64,000 nucleotides of DNA from a candidate division TA06 bacterium SM23_40 (GTDB taxonomy: Bacteria > LJUI01 > SM1-40): assembly GCA_001303705.1 (NCBI GenBank), contig LJUI01000002.1:47-64046 (forward strand), read 5' to 3'. The notes beneath the pieces were generated by a model, which was given only the letters and a program-made list of their open reading frames with translations, searched no databases and was not told the DNA's origin. The position numbers and the translations under genes were made by a program. Position 1 is the stretch's first letter. Every line of letters begins with the position of its first letter. Shown piece after piece: positions 49,802 to 60,109 of the stretch.

Positions 49802-49830
49802 TTGACAAGCGGTCCCAGTCATATTACATT
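49802..49830 (+). promoter_or_regulatory. sigma-70-type promoter candidate
   Basis: TTGACA, 17 nt, TACATT. 78 nt upstream of the small OMP ATG. Confidence 0.5.
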
Positions 49831-49907
49831 CTCCCTGCTGGCAGATGTGCAGGCAGGATCGGCAGTCCGGAGATCGGGCGACAGCAATCCTAGAGCGAGG
49901 TCCCGCG

Positions 49908-50387
49908 ATGAGTGAGAGAATCGTCAGCTCTGTAGGCATTCTGCTTCTGCTGGGCCTCGCCGCAAACGTACAGGCGATCGGCCTTCACCCGATGGGGGGG
50001 AACGTCGGTATCGGCGGAACCGTAGCCGGAGATCACATGTGGTATGTGAAGTTCGGCCTGACACATCGGCTTGCCATGGAGATGTCGTTCGATTGGACCC
50101 ACGACTCCGAAAGCGCGGATCGTTTCTGGCTGGGGGGCGGCCTGCTGTGCCATTCCTGGCAGGGGCAGAAGGTAAGGCCGTACGCCGGAGCGAGGGCAGC
50201 CATTGCGATCTACGATGATCCCGGCTCAGATGAGAGTAAGAGCAGATTCGTGCTGCTCCCTTCCGCCGGGGTGGAATACTTCATCCATGACGCACTCAGC
50301 TTGGGCGCCGAGGCGTCTCTGCCGTTGATGTTCGGCTCGTTCTCGCTTCGTACGACTACTCTCGCTGCCGTCCGCTACTATTTCTGA
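49908..50387 (+). CDS. small outer-membrane beta-barrel protein
   Basis: Signal peptide ending VQA. Alternating amphipathic strands. C-terminal AAVRYYF. Confidence 0.7.
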   Translation: MSERIVSSVGILLLLGLAANVQAIGLHPMGGNVGIGGTVAGDHMWYVKFGLTHRLAMEMSFDWTHDSESADRFWLGGGLLCHSWQGQKVRPYAGARAAIAIYDDPGSDESKSRFVLLPSAGVEYFIHDALSLGAEASLPLMFGSFSLRTTTLAAVRYYF

Positions 50388-50500
50388 TTTCATCATCGGA
50401 CTCCCCGGAGCATTTCCGCAGGCCTGGCTTGTGAGCAGTGTGGTACTCCGATCCCCTCGGAGGAATCGCTCCATGGAAGAGAGGGAGGGCGCCCAGGACG

Positions 50501-50938
50501 ATGAGAGCGGTCGTGCAGCGTGTGGCGCGGGCTGGCGTCAGCGTCAACGGGGAACGGATCGCCGAGATCGGCCGGGGGATGGTGATTCTTCTCGGGGTGG
50601 GTGCTGGCGACTCGTCGTCCGACGCAGGGAGCCTGGCAGAGAAATGTCTTAACCTCCGCATCTTTGAAGACGCTGAGGGGAAGATGAACCTCTCCGCTCT
50701 GGAGGTTGGGGCCGATCTGCTCGCGATTTCTCAGTTCACGCTCTACGGCAATTGTCGCAAGGGAAGGAGGCCGAGTTTCACAGAGGCAGCGCCGGCGCAG
50801 GTGGCCGAGGACCTGTACGAAGAGTTTGTCTCCTCGCTGAGGAAATCCGGACTGAGAGTGGAGACAGGACGGTTCGGAGCACGCATGCTCGTCGAGATTC
50901 ACAATGAGGGACCGGTCACCTTCATCCTCGATACATAG
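50501..50938 (+). CDS. dtd: D-aminoacyl-tRNA deacylase
   Basis: MRAVVQRV start, ISQFTLYG and [10 protein letters not shown] motifs. 145 aa. Confidence 0.93.
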   Translation: MRAVVQRVARAGVSVNGERIAEIGRGMVILLGVGAGDSSSDAGSLAEKCLNLRIFEDAEGKMNLSALEVGADLLAISQFTLYGNCRKGRRPSFTEAAPAQVAEDLYEEFVSSLRKSGLRVETGRFGARMLVEIHNEGPVTFILDT

Positions 50939-51172
50939 CAGATAGAACGTGCACAAATGGGCGTATCATCGATCATGCCGTTCCGGCGACTGCAGGCTGG
51001 CCTATAGCGGAGTTGTGGCGTCGAGACGAAACTCCATCCAACGCAGTTACTCCCACGAACTGGGAACATCCCTCATTCTCCCTGAACGGACTTTCGAGCG
51101 AGATTTGCTCGAGAGTCAACCACTCTTCCCGAGCGGGTGTCGCTCCGTCCTTCCCGAGGAGTTCTCTATCTC

Positions 51173-52069
51173 ATGATCCAGAGCATGACAGGATATGGCC
51201 GCGTTGAGCGTCGTCTCGATGACGAGCAGGTTCAGGTTTCGGTCGAGGTCAGATCGACCAATCATCGGTTCTGTGAAGTCTCCCTCCGCCTTCCCAAATT
51301 CATGGCCCCACTCGAAGCACGATTGAAGTCACTTGTCAAGAACCATGTTACTCGGGGATTCCTGACTGTCTATGTTTCGTGGTCTCAGGGCGAGGGAGGG
51401 GGAACTGAACTCGTCGTCGATGACGCGGTTGCCGGGGCGTATCGAGAGATGCTGGACCAACTGAAGAAACGGCACAGGGTGGAGGGGCCCATCGATCTGG
51501 CAACGCTCGTCTCGCTCCCCGGGGTGTTCAAAGAAGCGAAGGAGGAGCACGATCTCGAGCACGATTGGGATGTACTCAGGCAGCTTGTGATCGACGCGCT
51601 TGAGGCGATGACGGTGATGAAGCGGGAAGAGGGTAAGAATCTCGCTGACGATCTCCTCAACAGGGCTGCCGCCATCGAGGCGGTCCTCGAGGCGATTGAA
51701 GAGAGAGCGCCTCGGCGTACAGAGGAGATGAGGGAAAAGCTGAGAGCTCGGATCTCCGATGTCCTCTCCGCGGAGGGTCTCGCTGCGCAGATCGGCGAGG
51801 ATCGTCTCGCGTTGGAGGTCGGCTTTATCGCCGAACGGAGCGACATCACAGAAGAGTGCGTCCGCCTGAGGAGCCATCTCAAGCAGTTTCGATCTTTCAT
51901 CGATGACTCGGGTGCGGCCGGGAGAAGGCTGAATTTCCTCCTCCAGGAGATGCATCGTGAGGTGAATACCCTGGGCGTGAAGGCAGGGGATGAATTCATA
52001 TCACAACGCGTGGTGCTGCTTAAAGAGGAATTAGAGAAACTCCGAGAACAGATGCAGAACGTGGAGTAG
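51173..52069 (+). CDS. yicC: YicC family stress-induced protein
   Basis: MIQSMTGYG start and C-terminal FLLQEMHREVNTLGVKA (DUF1732). Precedes gmk-rpoZ, as in many bacteria. Confidence 0.9.
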   Translation: MIQSMTGYGRVERRLDDEQVQVSVEVRSTNHRFCEVSLRLPKFMAPLEARLKSLVKNHVTRGFLTVYVSWSQGEGGGTELVVDDAVAGAYREMLDQLKKRHRVEGPIDLATLVSLPGVFKEAKEEHDLEHDWDVLRQLVIDALEAMTVMKREEGKNLADDLLNRAAAIEAVLEAIEERAPRRTEEMREKLRARISDVLSAEGLAAQIGEDRLALEVGFIAERSDITEECVRLRSHLKQFRSFIDDSGAAGRRLNFLLQEMHREVNTLGVKAGDEFISQRVVLLKEELEKLREQMQNVE

Positions 52070-52074
52070 TCCGA

Positions 52075-52677
52075 TTGACTAGATCTGCATTCCCTATCGT
52101 TCTCTCTGCACCTTCTGGCACGGGAAAGACGACGATCTGTCGCAGGGTAGCCGGTTCTCTCGACGCACTGCGATATTCAGTCTCTGCCACGACGCGTCCC
52201 GCCCGAGCAGGGGAAAGGGATGGAGAAGCCTACCGCTTCCTCGATGTTGCCACGTTCAAGCGGATGGTCGAACAGGATAGATTCATCGAGTGGGCGATGG
52301 TATACGGACAGCATTATGGGACGTTGCGCGAGCCGGTCGAGCAGTGGCTCGCGGAAGGGAAGGATGTAATCCTTGATCTTGACGTGCAGGGCGCCAGGGC
52401 GATGCAGGCTGCCTATCCCGATCTGGTGCTCGTGTTCGTCTACCCGCCATCCCTTGCCGTCCTCAGAGAACGCCTCGCCTCCAGGGGTACCGATGATCCG
52501 GCCGAGATCGGCCGGAGGATCGCACTCGCCCGGGAGGAGATGGAGAATGCGCAATTCTATTCCTATCTCGTCGTCAACGAGACGTTGTCGAAGACTGTCG
52601 ATCAAGTAAGGTCGATCGTATTCGCCGAACGCGCCAGAGCAGACAGAGTTTCGCTCATTGGCTGGGAGGAGACGTAG
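52075..52677 (+). CDS. gmk: guanylate kinase
   Basis: P-loop SAPSGTGKTT. SVSATTRPAR..E..G..Y.F. TTG start. Confidence 0.92.
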   Translation: MTRSAFPIVLSAPSGTGKTTICRRVAGSLDALRYSVSATTRPARAGERDGEAYRFLDVATFKRMVEQDRFIEWAMVYGQHYGTLREPVEQWLAEGKDVILDLDVQGARAMQAAYPDLVLVFVYPPSLAVLRERLASRGTDDPAEIGRRIALAREEMENAQFYSYLVVNETLSKTVDQVRSIVFAERARADRVSLIGWEET

Positions 52678-52761
52678 CGTTCATCAGTTGAGTGCCATTT
52701 CGCCGGTGATTCGACCATCTGCGATGGATCGGAGCGCCACCTGAGGAGGTCTGAGAGCCAT

Positions 52762-53007
52762 ATGGCGTTTGTACCATTGGAGGACGTGCTCATGTCGATT
52801 GAGAACAGGTACAAGGCGGTCATCGTTGCAGCGAAGGAGGCTCGGCGACTCAATCAGGAACTGAGTAAGGAGGGCGAAGAGGAGGCCGGTGCGGCCAAGC
52901 TGACGATGGAGGCACTCAGACGGGTCTCGGAGGGACTCGTCAAATACAATGAGATAGAAGAGGAGGGAGAAGAGGGAGAGGAGGTGCAGGACGAGAAGAA
53001 GTCGTGA
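52762..53007 (+). CDS. rpoZ: DNA-directed RNA polymerase subunit omega
   Basis: IENRYKAVIVAAKEARRLN. Acidic C-terminal tail. Confidence 0.9.
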   Translation: MAFVPLEDVLMSIENRYKAVIVAAKEARRLNQELSKEGEEEAGAAKLTMEALRRVSEGLVKYNEIEEEGEEGEEVQDEKKS

Positions 53008-53017
53008 TCGACGTGCG

Positions 53018-53818
53018 GTGAGGGTCCCTGACGGTCATCGTGCGGCGCCGTCGGCTACGACAGGTGCCGCTCAGAGATTGATGGCAGATGAACTCCGCGA
53101 TCTCGTCGGTCTGACTACACGATATCTCGCTCAGCAGGGCGAGTTGGGCGAGAGGGAGCTGTACCTGACGGAGGGGAATAGGCCCCGGAGGGGTGTGGAG
53201 CACCAGGTAGGTGCAGAAAGGAGACTGACACGTCTCGGGGGACGCGTCCGGTCGTGTACGCGGTGCGGACTTTCGCGGACAAGGACTCAGGTCGTTTTCG
53301 GCGCTGGCAGCGCTGAGGCAAAGCTCGTCTTCGTGGGCGAGGCTCCTGGGCGGGATGAGGACCTGGCCGGGGCCCCGTTCGTGGGCGCCGCGGGGCGTCT
53401 GCTGACGAAGATCATCGAGTCGATCGGGTTTCGCCGCGACATGGTCTACATCACCAATATCCTCAAGTGTCGGCCACCGGAGAATCGAAACCCGCTGCCC
53501 GAAGAGATTGCCTGCTGTTGTCCGCACCTCGATATGCAACTCGACATCATCTCCCCGCTGGTCATCTGCACTCTGGGCACGTTCGCCAGTCAAACGCTGC
53601 TCGGCACGACACTTCCGATTTCCTCCCTCAGGGGACGCGTCTGGGACTGCCGGGGCACCATGCTTGTGCCGACCTACCATCCCGCCGCCCTTCTCCGGAA
53701 TCCCGGCTGGAAGCGAAGAGTGTGGGAGGATGTGCAGCTTCTGCGCAGGGTATACGACGATCTCGTCGCCGGGAGGATTCCCCGGGGCGCGCTCAAAGCA
53801 CCATTGACACCAGAGTGA
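53018..53818 (+). CDS. uracil-DNA glycosylase, family 4
   Basis: CTRCGL, FVGEAPGRDED, PFVGAAGRLL, ITNILKCRPPENRNP and YHPAALLRNP. Start uncertain (GTG 53018 or ATG 53081). Confidence 0.88.
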   Translation: MRVPDGHRAAPSATTGAAQRLMADELRDLVGLTTRYLAQQGELGERELYLTEGNRPRRGVEHQVGAERRLTRLGGRVRSCTRCGLSRTRTQVVFGAGSAEAKLVFVGEAPGRDEDLAGAPFVGAAGRLLTKIIESIGFRRDMVYITNILKCRPPENRNPLPEEIACCCPHLDMQLDIISPLVICTLGTFASQTLLGTTLPISSLRGRVWDCRGTMLVPTYHPAALLRNPGWKRRVWEDVQLLRRVYDDLVAGRIPRGALKAPLTPE

Positions 53819-53843
53819 GTTAACGAACCGTACGAGGGAGTGA

Positions 53844-55229
53844 ATGATTGTGGCCTCTAGGGAGGGAAGTCAGCGAGTACCACCTCAGGCGCTCGACGCC
53901 GAAGCGTGGGTACTGGGAGCGATGTTGCTCGACCGTCAAGCCGTGCTCAAGGCGATTGAGATGCTCGATAGCTCCGCGTTCTACTCTGGCAGCCACGAGC
54001 TCATATTCCGGGCGATCGTCTCTCTGTTCGATCGGCATCAGGCGGTCGATGTCGTGACCGTATCAGATGAGTTGAAGCGGATGGCGCAGTTGGAGTCGGT
54101 TGGCGGTGCCAGCTATCTCGCCAGTCTCGTAGAATCGGTGCCGACTGCAGCCAATCTGGAATACCATGCCCGCATTGTGCTCGAGAAGGCTGTCCTCCGG
54201 CGGCTCATCGATGTCGCCACAGAGGTGGTGCGGAACTGCCATGAAGCACGTGAGGACGCCGATCGCATCCTCGACCAGGCTGAACAGACCATCTTCAGTA
54301 TCAAGGAGTCGCGGTTGCGGGAGGGGTTCACCCCGATCAGGTCGATTCTCAAGCACAGCTTCGAGGCGATCGAGGCCCTGCACGACCGTGGCGCCAGCGT
54401 GACAGGGGTCGCGTCCGGATATGAACGTCTCGATGAACTGACAGCTGGATTCCAGAGGGGGGAGTTGATCATCGTTGCCGCCCGGCCATCGGTGGGCAAG
54501 ACGGCGCTCGTCTTGAACGTTGCCGAAAACGCTTCCATTGAGGGTGGTGTTCCTGTCGCCATCTTCAGTCTTGAAATGTCGAGGGAGCAGCTCGTCCAGC
54601 GGATGCTCTGCTCCGGCGCGCACGTCGACTCGCGGCGCGTGAGGAGAGGAACTCTGCATGCCTCAGACTGGCCGAAACTGACGACCGCCGCGGGCCGACT
54701 GGCGGAAGCTCCCATCTATGTCGATGACTCGAGCAGCTTGACGTGGCTGGAGCTCAAAGCGAAAGCACGACGCCTCAAAGCGGAGTCCGATATCGGTCTG
54801 CTCATTGTCGACTACCTTCAGCTGCTGAGGGGGACTGGGAAGACAGAGAATCGCCAACAAGAGGTCTCAGAGATATCGCGTGCACTCAAGGCGTTGTCGA
54901 AGGAGCTCGATGTTCCGATAATCGCCGTCTCGCAGCTTTCCCGGGCACCCAGCACCAGGGGGAACGAGCGGCCGCTCCTCTCGGATCTTCGTGAATCAGG
55001 TGCCCTGGAACAGGACGCTGATGTAGTGCTCTTTCTCTTCCGCGATCCACACCTGGACTGGTCTGACAGAACGGTGGAGTTGATCGTCGGCAAGCAGCGA
55101 AACGGGCCCACGGGGACGGTCTACCTGACATTCCTCAGGGAGTTCACGAGATTCGAGAGTCAGGACAGGGGACGCGAGGGATTCGTGGAACTCTCCGAAG
55201 GGGAGATCGAAGCAGAAGTGGGGAGCTGA
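53844..55229 (+). CDS. dnaB: replicative DNA helicase
   Basis: PPQALDAEAWVLGAMLLD N-terminus. Walker A ARPSVGKTA. IVDYLQLL. AVSQLSRA. Confidence 0.96.
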   Translation: MIVASREGSQRVPPQALDAEAWVLGAMLLDRQAVLKAIEMLDSSAFYSGSHELIFRAIVSLFDRHQAVDVVTVSDELKRMAQLESVGGASYLASLVESVPTAANLEYHARIVLEKAVLRRLIDVATEVVRNCHEAREDADRILDQAEQTIFSIKESRLREGFTPIRSILKHSFEAIEALHDRGASVTGVASGYERLDELTAGFQRGELIIVAARPSVGKTALVLNVAENASIEGGVPVAIFSLEMSREQLVQRMLCSGAHVDSRRVRRGTLHASDWPKLTTAAGRLAEAPIYVDDSSSLTWLELKAKARRLKAESDIGLLIVDYLQLLRGTGKTENRQQEVSEISRALKALSKELDVPIIAVSQLSRAPSTRGNERPLLSDLRESGALEQDADVVLFLFRDPHLDWSDRTVELIVGKQRNGPTGTVYLTFLREFTRFESQDRGREGFVELSEGEIEAEVGS

Positions 55230-56002
55230 TGGTCCAACTCGTCGAGCGGGTAGGAGACAGGGTTATCGGAGGTCTTGCCCACGTCGGCGGCGTGGTGATG
55301 ATGCTGGCACGGATCATCTCCACTCTTCCGAAGCTGCCGCGTTCGCTCGGTCTGACGGTGGATCAGATGATGGCGATGGGAGTCAATTCCCTGCCGCTGG
55401 TCGCCATCACGTCTGCCTTCACCGGGATGGTCGCCTCGGTGCAGACCGCCTATCAGTTTCGCGACTACACCCCCATGGTGCTGCTGGGGTCGGCGGTGGG
55501 CAAGATGGTGCTCATCGAGCTCGGCCCGGTTCTGACCGCACTTGTCGTTGCGGGACGGGTAGGAGCCTCCATTGCCGCCGAGCTGGGGACGATGAAGGTG
55601 ACCGAGCAGATCGACGCGCTCGAAACGCTCGCTGTCGACCCAATTCGCTATCTGGCGCTTCCCCGGTTCGTGTCGGGAATGATCATGCTCCCGGTTCTCG
55701 TCATAATGGCGGACGTCATCGCAATACTGGGTGGGATGTTCGTGGCCGTGTTCGCAGTAGGGGTGAGTGCAGAGACGTTTACGCGGGGGCTTCGACTCTA
55801 CTTCCAGTTCCGTGATGTCTTCGGAGGATTGTTCAAGGCCGTGATTTTTGGGATGATCATCGCAGTTATGGGGTGCTATCAGGGATTCAATGCCGGATGG
55901 GGGGCGGGGGGCGTGGGTCGAGCGACGACTCGAGCAGTCGTATATTCGTGTCTTCTCATCCTCATCTTCGACTACGTGGTGGCCGAACTAGTCTTCCGAT
56001 GA
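55229..56002 (+). CDS. mlaE: MlaE-family ABC transporter permease
   Basis: Typical MlaE profile (GPVLTALVVAGRVGASIAAELGTMKVTEQIDAL). 1-nt overlap with dnaB. Confidence 0.9.
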   Translation: MVQLVERVGDRVIGGLAHVGGVVMMLARIISTLPKLPRSLGLTVDQMMAMGVNSLPLVAITSAFTGMVASVQTAYQFRDYTPMVLLGSAVGKMVLIELGPVLTALVVAGRVGASIAAELGTMKVTEQIDALETLAVDPIRYLALPRFVSGMIMLPVLVIMADVIAILGGMFVAVFAVGVSAETFTRGLRLYFQFRDVFGGLFKAVIFGMIIAVMGCYQGFNAGWGAGGVGRATTRAVVYSCLLILIFDYVVAELVFR

Positions 56003-56006
56003 TAGA

Positions 56007-56753
56007 ATGATAGAGCTGATTGATATTCACAAGTGGCTGGGTGGTCAGGAGGTATTGCGGGGCGTCGATCTCCACATCGAGACCGGTGAGACGCTTGTCA
56101 TCATCGGCCGGAGTGGATGTGGAAAGACCGTTCTCCTGAAGCATCTGATCGGGCTGATGAGACCGGACCAGGGACGCATACTGCTGAATGGATTCGACTA
56201 CGCACGGCTGTCAACGCCTGAGCTGTATGCGATGAGACGGCGTTTCGGTATGGTCTTTCAGGGATCAGCGCTGTTCGACACGATGACGGTAGCCGAGAAT
56301 GTGGGCCTTGGCCTGCGTGAACATACCTCGATGTCCAGAGACGAGATCGCGGAGGTCGTCAGCGAGAGGCTGAGGATGGTGGGCTTGTCCGGCCTCGACC
56401 ATCAGAGGCCGGCTGAGCTCTCGGGCGGGATGAAGAAGCGTGTCGCCCTTGCTCGGGCGCTGGCGATGGATCCAGAGTACGTGCTGTACGACGAGCCCAC
56501 CACGGGTCTCGACCCGATAACGGCCGACATGATAAACGAACTCATCAAGTGTCTCCAGGCCCAGCTTACCATTACCTCCGTTGCCGTCACCCACGACATG
56601 AAGAGCGCATACAAGATAGCCGATCGTATCGCCATGCTGTATCAAGGTAGGATCATCTTCAGCGGGAGTCCTGTCGAGGTCCGGGAGACCGGTAATCCGG
56701 TTGTACAGCAGTTCATCCAGGGGATAGCTGAGGGGCCGATTGAGTGCCGATAG
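56007..56753 (+). CDS. mlaF: MlaF-like ABC transporter ATP-binding protein
   Basis: Walker A GRSGCGKT. Signature LSGGMKKR. Walker B VLYDEPT. Confidence 0.92.
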   Translation: MIELIDIHKWLGGQEVLRGVDLHIETGETLVIIGRSGCGKTVLLKHLIGLMRPDQGRILLNGFDYARLSTPELYAMRRRFGMVFQGSALFDTMTVAENVGLGLREHTSMSRDEIAEVVSERLRMVGLSGLDHQRPAELSGGMKKRVALARALAMDPEYVLYDEPTTGLDPITADMINELIKCLQAQLTITSVAVTHDMKSAYKIADRIAMLYQGRIIFSGSPVEVRETGNPVVQQFIQGIAEGPIECR

Positions 56754-56783
56754 GTATCCACCACAGGTCTCGGAGAAGGGAGT

Positions 56784-57659
56784 ATGAGTGACAGAGGCGT
56801 GAAAGCGACGGTGGGAACGATCGTCATCCTCGCGGTGGCGATAGCTCTGGTCGGCGTCATCTGGCTGGGCCAGTACGGGCTGTACAGAGAGCATGAAACG
56901 GTGACGGTGCGGTTCGTCGATGTCGCCGGTCTGGAGAAGGGCGATGGGGTGGCGGTGGCAGGCGTTCACAAGGGGCGAGTTGTCGACATCTCTCTGCGCG
57001 GACGGGAGGCATATGTGCAACTCCTCCTCGACAGAGACGTCTGGCTGGCCGAAGACGCGACCTTCTCCATCAAGAGCAAGAGCGCCCTGGGGGAGAAGTT
57101 CGTCTCCATCGATCCCGGCAGCTCGTCGGTTCGTCTCGCTCTCACCGAGCCTGCCACGGGCCGGACGCTGAGCGATCTGTCCGGGGCCACCGAGCAACTG
57201 GGGGTGATCGCATCGCGCCTCGGCGAGGTTATCATCTCCCTGGAGGAGAACGTGCTGAATGACGAGGTCCTGGGATCGCTGCGCGAGACGGTTGAGAACC
57301 TGAAGGCTGCTACTGGCTCGATCTCGGAGTTGACGGCGGAGAACCGAGGCGATCTGAGGCGGGCGGTAACGGGCATGCGGGGGGCATCGGCGGAACTGCA
57401 GACGGCTGCCTCGGGTCTCAGCAAGCTCGTCAACACCAATGAGCCTCAGATCACAGATGCCATCGGCCGACTGTCGGGTGTGGCCGAGCGTCTCGACACG
57501 CTGACGGCTCGATTGGAGAACGGCGAGGGAACACTCGGCAGGTTGCTCGAGGACGATGCACTGTATGTCAGCCTCCAGAGTACAGCCGATGAGCTGCGGA
57601 CGCTCATACAGGATGTGAAGAAGAATCCGGGGCGCTACATTCACTTATCGATCTTCTAG
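56784..57659 (+). CDS. mlaD: MlaD/MCE-domain protein
   Basis: Single N-terminal TM, an MCE domain (V.F.DVAGLEKGDGVAVAGVHKGRV), and a C-terminal helical region. Confidence 0.85.
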   Translation: MSDRGVKATVGTIVILAVAIALVGVIWLGQYGLYREHETVTVRFVDVAGLEKGDGVAVAGVHKGRVVDISLRGREAYVQLLLDRDVWLAEDATFSIKSKSALGEKFVSIDPGSSSVRLALTEPATGRTLSDLSGATEQLGVIASRLGEVIISLEENVLNDEVLGSLRETVENLKAATGSISELTAENRGDLRRAVTGMRGASAELQTAASGLSKLVNTNEPQITDAIGRLSGVAERLDTLTARLENGEGTLGRLLEDDALYVSLQSTADELRTLIQDVKKNPGRYIHLSIF

Positions 57660-57663
57660 GGCG

Positions 57664-59034
57664 ATGGCAAAGGAGAGAGTGCAGTTCGTCTGCCGTGAGT
57701 GCGGGTACGAATCAGCCCGCTGGCTGGGGCGCTGCCCCCAGTGCGGGATGTGGAATGCCCTTGTCGAGGCGCCGGTGCCACAGCGCGACTCCGGCGCAGC
57801 GGCGAGGCCGGGGATAGGGGGGGTTCCCAAGAGGCTCTCTGAATTCGCGCCTACGTCCGACGCCCGGCTGAGCACCGCGATCGGAGAGTTCGACCGGGTG
57901 CTCGGCGGCGGGGTCGTCCCGGGCTCGTTCATCCTGGTCGGTGGGGATCCAGGGATCGGCAAATCGACTCTTGTGATGCAGGGCATGGACGGGCTGGCCC
58001 GTCAGGGCGTGCGCGTCGTGTACTCCAGCGGGGAGGAGTCCCCCGGCCAGACGGGCATGCGTGCGCGTCGTCTTGGCATTTCGGGCGATGAATTCTATAT
58101 TGTATGTGAGACGAGTCTGGATGCCATTCTCGACCATGTCGCTGCGCTCCAGCCGGGTGTGCTGGTCATCGACTCGATCCAGACGACGCATCGGACCGGC
58201 GTCGCCAGCTCTCCTGGCAGCATCGGGCAGGTCCGCGAGTGTGGGGCGGAGCTGATGCGGGTGGCCAAGAGCGACGGCGTAGCTGTCATCGTCATCGGCC
58301 ATGTGACAAAGGAGGGCTTGGTCGCCGGGCCCCGCACGCTCGAGCACATGGTCGATACCGTGCTCTATATAGAGGGCGATCGCTACCATCAGTATCGCCT
58401 TCTGAGGGCCGCCAAGAACCGTTTCGGGTCGACGAATGAGATCGGCGTCTTCGAGATGAGCGGTGCCGGGCTCCAGGAGGTGCCCAATCCCTCGCAGATG
58501 TTCCTATCTGAGAGAGTTCGCGGCGCACCAGGTTCTGTCGTCGGCTGCGCCATAGAGGGAACGCGGCCGCTCCTCGTGGAGACGCAGGCGCTTGTCTCGC
58601 CCAGCTGCTATGGTGTCCCTCAGCGAGTCGCCACGGGTGTAGATCGTCAGCGTCTTGCTATGCTTCTCGCGGTACTCGAACGAAGAGTTGGGATGAGGCT
58701 CGGCGATTCCGACGTATTCGTTAACGTGGCCGGGGGCCTGAGGGTGACCGAGCCAGCGCTCGACCTCTCGGTTGTGCTTGCGGTGGCGTCGAGCGTGAAG
58801 AATGCGGCGTGCGATCCGGATGCGATTGTGGTCGGCGAGGTCGGCCTCGGCGGCGAGGTGAGGGGCGTAAGCCAGGCGGCTCGTCGGGTCGCGGAAGCGG
58901 CGAAGCTCGGGTTCGCGCGGTGTATTATTGCCGCCGCCAATGTGAAATCCCTCGATGACGCGGAGAATATCACGATCAGAGGGGTGCGCGACGTTATAGA
59001 TGCCCTCGATGCAATCGATACTCTGTCCCGTTGA
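57664..59034 (+). CDS. radA: DNA repair protein RadA/Sms
   Basis: Zinc finger CRECGYESARWLGRCPQCGMW. Walker A GDPGIGKST. KNRFGSTNE. Lon-like C-terminal domain. Confidence 0.96.
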   Translation: MAKERVQFVCRECGYESARWLGRCPQCGMWNALVEAPVPQRDSGAAARPGIGGVPKRLSEFAPTSDARLSTAIGEFDRVLGGGVVPGSFILVGGDPGIGKSTLVMQGMDGLARQGVRVVYSSGEESPGQTGMRARRLGISGDEFYIVCETSLDAILDHVAALQPGVLVIDSIQTTHRTGVASSPGSIGQVRECGAELMRVAKSDGVAVIVIGHVTKEGLVAGPRTLEHMVDTVLYIEGDRYHQYRLLRAAKNRFGSTNEIGVFEMSGAGLQEVPNPSQMFLSERVRGAPGSVVGCAIEGTRPLLVETQALVSPSCYGVPQRVATGVDRQRLAMLLAVLERRVGMRLGDSDVFVNVAGGLRVTEPALDLSVVLAVASSVKNAACDPDAIVVGEVGLGGEVRGVSQAARRVAEAAKLGFARCIIAAANVKSLDDAENITIRGVRDVIDALDAIDTLSR

Positions 59035-59116
59035 GACAGCGCGCGGCCGGCAATCGCATTGCCCATATCATCCATCATCATGTCGATCATCGGAGTGGAG
59101 AAAGGAGTGATATCCA

Positions 59117-60109
59117 TTGATCTACATCATATACGTACTATTCGTCCTGGTCTGCGGCCTCGTCGGATCAGCGATCGCGTGGAGATTGGAGGAGAACGTG
59201 CCGGGCTGGGCCGCGGCCGGCGTGATCCTGGCCGTAGTTGGCCTGGCGATCGAATCTTTGTTGCGCCGCCTCTCAGTGCGGCGGGTGGTCGGCGGATCGA
59301 TCGGGCTTCTTCTCGGGCTGGCCATCGCTAATGCCGTCGCCTACGTGATCTCTACTGTGCCGGGCACCGCGCACGTCCGCCCCATCATCTTCGTACTGGC
59401 GAACGTCATATGCGGATACCTGGGACTGCGCGTAGGGTCCAGGGAGGCCGAACCGACGTCGTTCCTCTCGTTCGGCCTCGGCGCAGGGGGTCGGGGACAC
59501 GATGGAGAGGGCAAGGTGCTCGATACGAGCGCGATCATCGATGGAAGAGTGGCCGATGTCTGCGAGTCCGGGTTCATTGAGGGCAGACTGATCGTGCCCC
59601 GTTTCGTCATGCGTGAACTTCAGCAGATAGCAGACTCGCCGGATCCTCTGCGGCGTGCCCGGGGACGCAGAGGACTCGAGATACTCAAGCGTATTCAGCA
59701 GCAGAAAGAAGTCAGTGTCATGATCGAAGACATCTCAGTGCCGGAGACAGAGGATGAGAACGCCAGGCTCGTACGGTTCGCTGAGCAGAAGGGAGTTCAG
59801 CTCATCACGAGCGACTACGGGGTGAACAAGATCGGCGAGCTCCACGGAGTTCGGGTACTGAACGTCAACGAGCTGGCGAAAGCGCTGAGACCTGTCTTCC
59901 TGCCGGGTGAGGAAGTGACCGTTCGCCTCATCAAGAGAGGCAAAGAGTCAGGGCAGGGTGTGGGCTACCTTGAAGATGGCACCATGGTGGTCGTCGATGA
60001 CGGGAGCAACAAGATCGGGAGGACTGTCGTCTCGACGGTGACGAGTCTCCTCCAGACGACGGCGGGTCGGATGATCTTCTCGAAGTTGAAAGGGAGCGAG
60101 AAACGATGA
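59117..60109 (+). CDS. PIN/TRAM domain protein (YacL-like)
   Basis: AAAGGAG RBS then TTG. N-terminal TM helices. PIN VLDTSAIIDGRV. C-terminal TRAM-like GEEVTVRLIKRGKESGQGVGYLEDGTMVVV. Confidence 0.88.
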   Translation: MIYIIYVLFVLVCGLVGSAIAWRLEENVPGWAAAGVILAVVGLAIESLLRRLSVRRVVGGSIGLLLGLAIANAVAYVISTVPGTAHVRPIIFVLANVICGYLGLRVGSREAEPTSFLSFGLGAGGRGHDGEGKVLDTSAIIDGRVADVCESGFIEGRLIVPRFVMRELQQIADSPDPLRRARGRRGLEILKRIQQQKEVSVMIEDISVPETEDENARLVRFAEQKGVQLITSDYGVNKIGELHGVRVLNVNELAKALRPVFLPGEEVTVRLIKRGKESGQGVGYLEDGTMVVVDDGSNKIGRTVVSTVTSLLQTTAGRMIFSKLKGSEKR

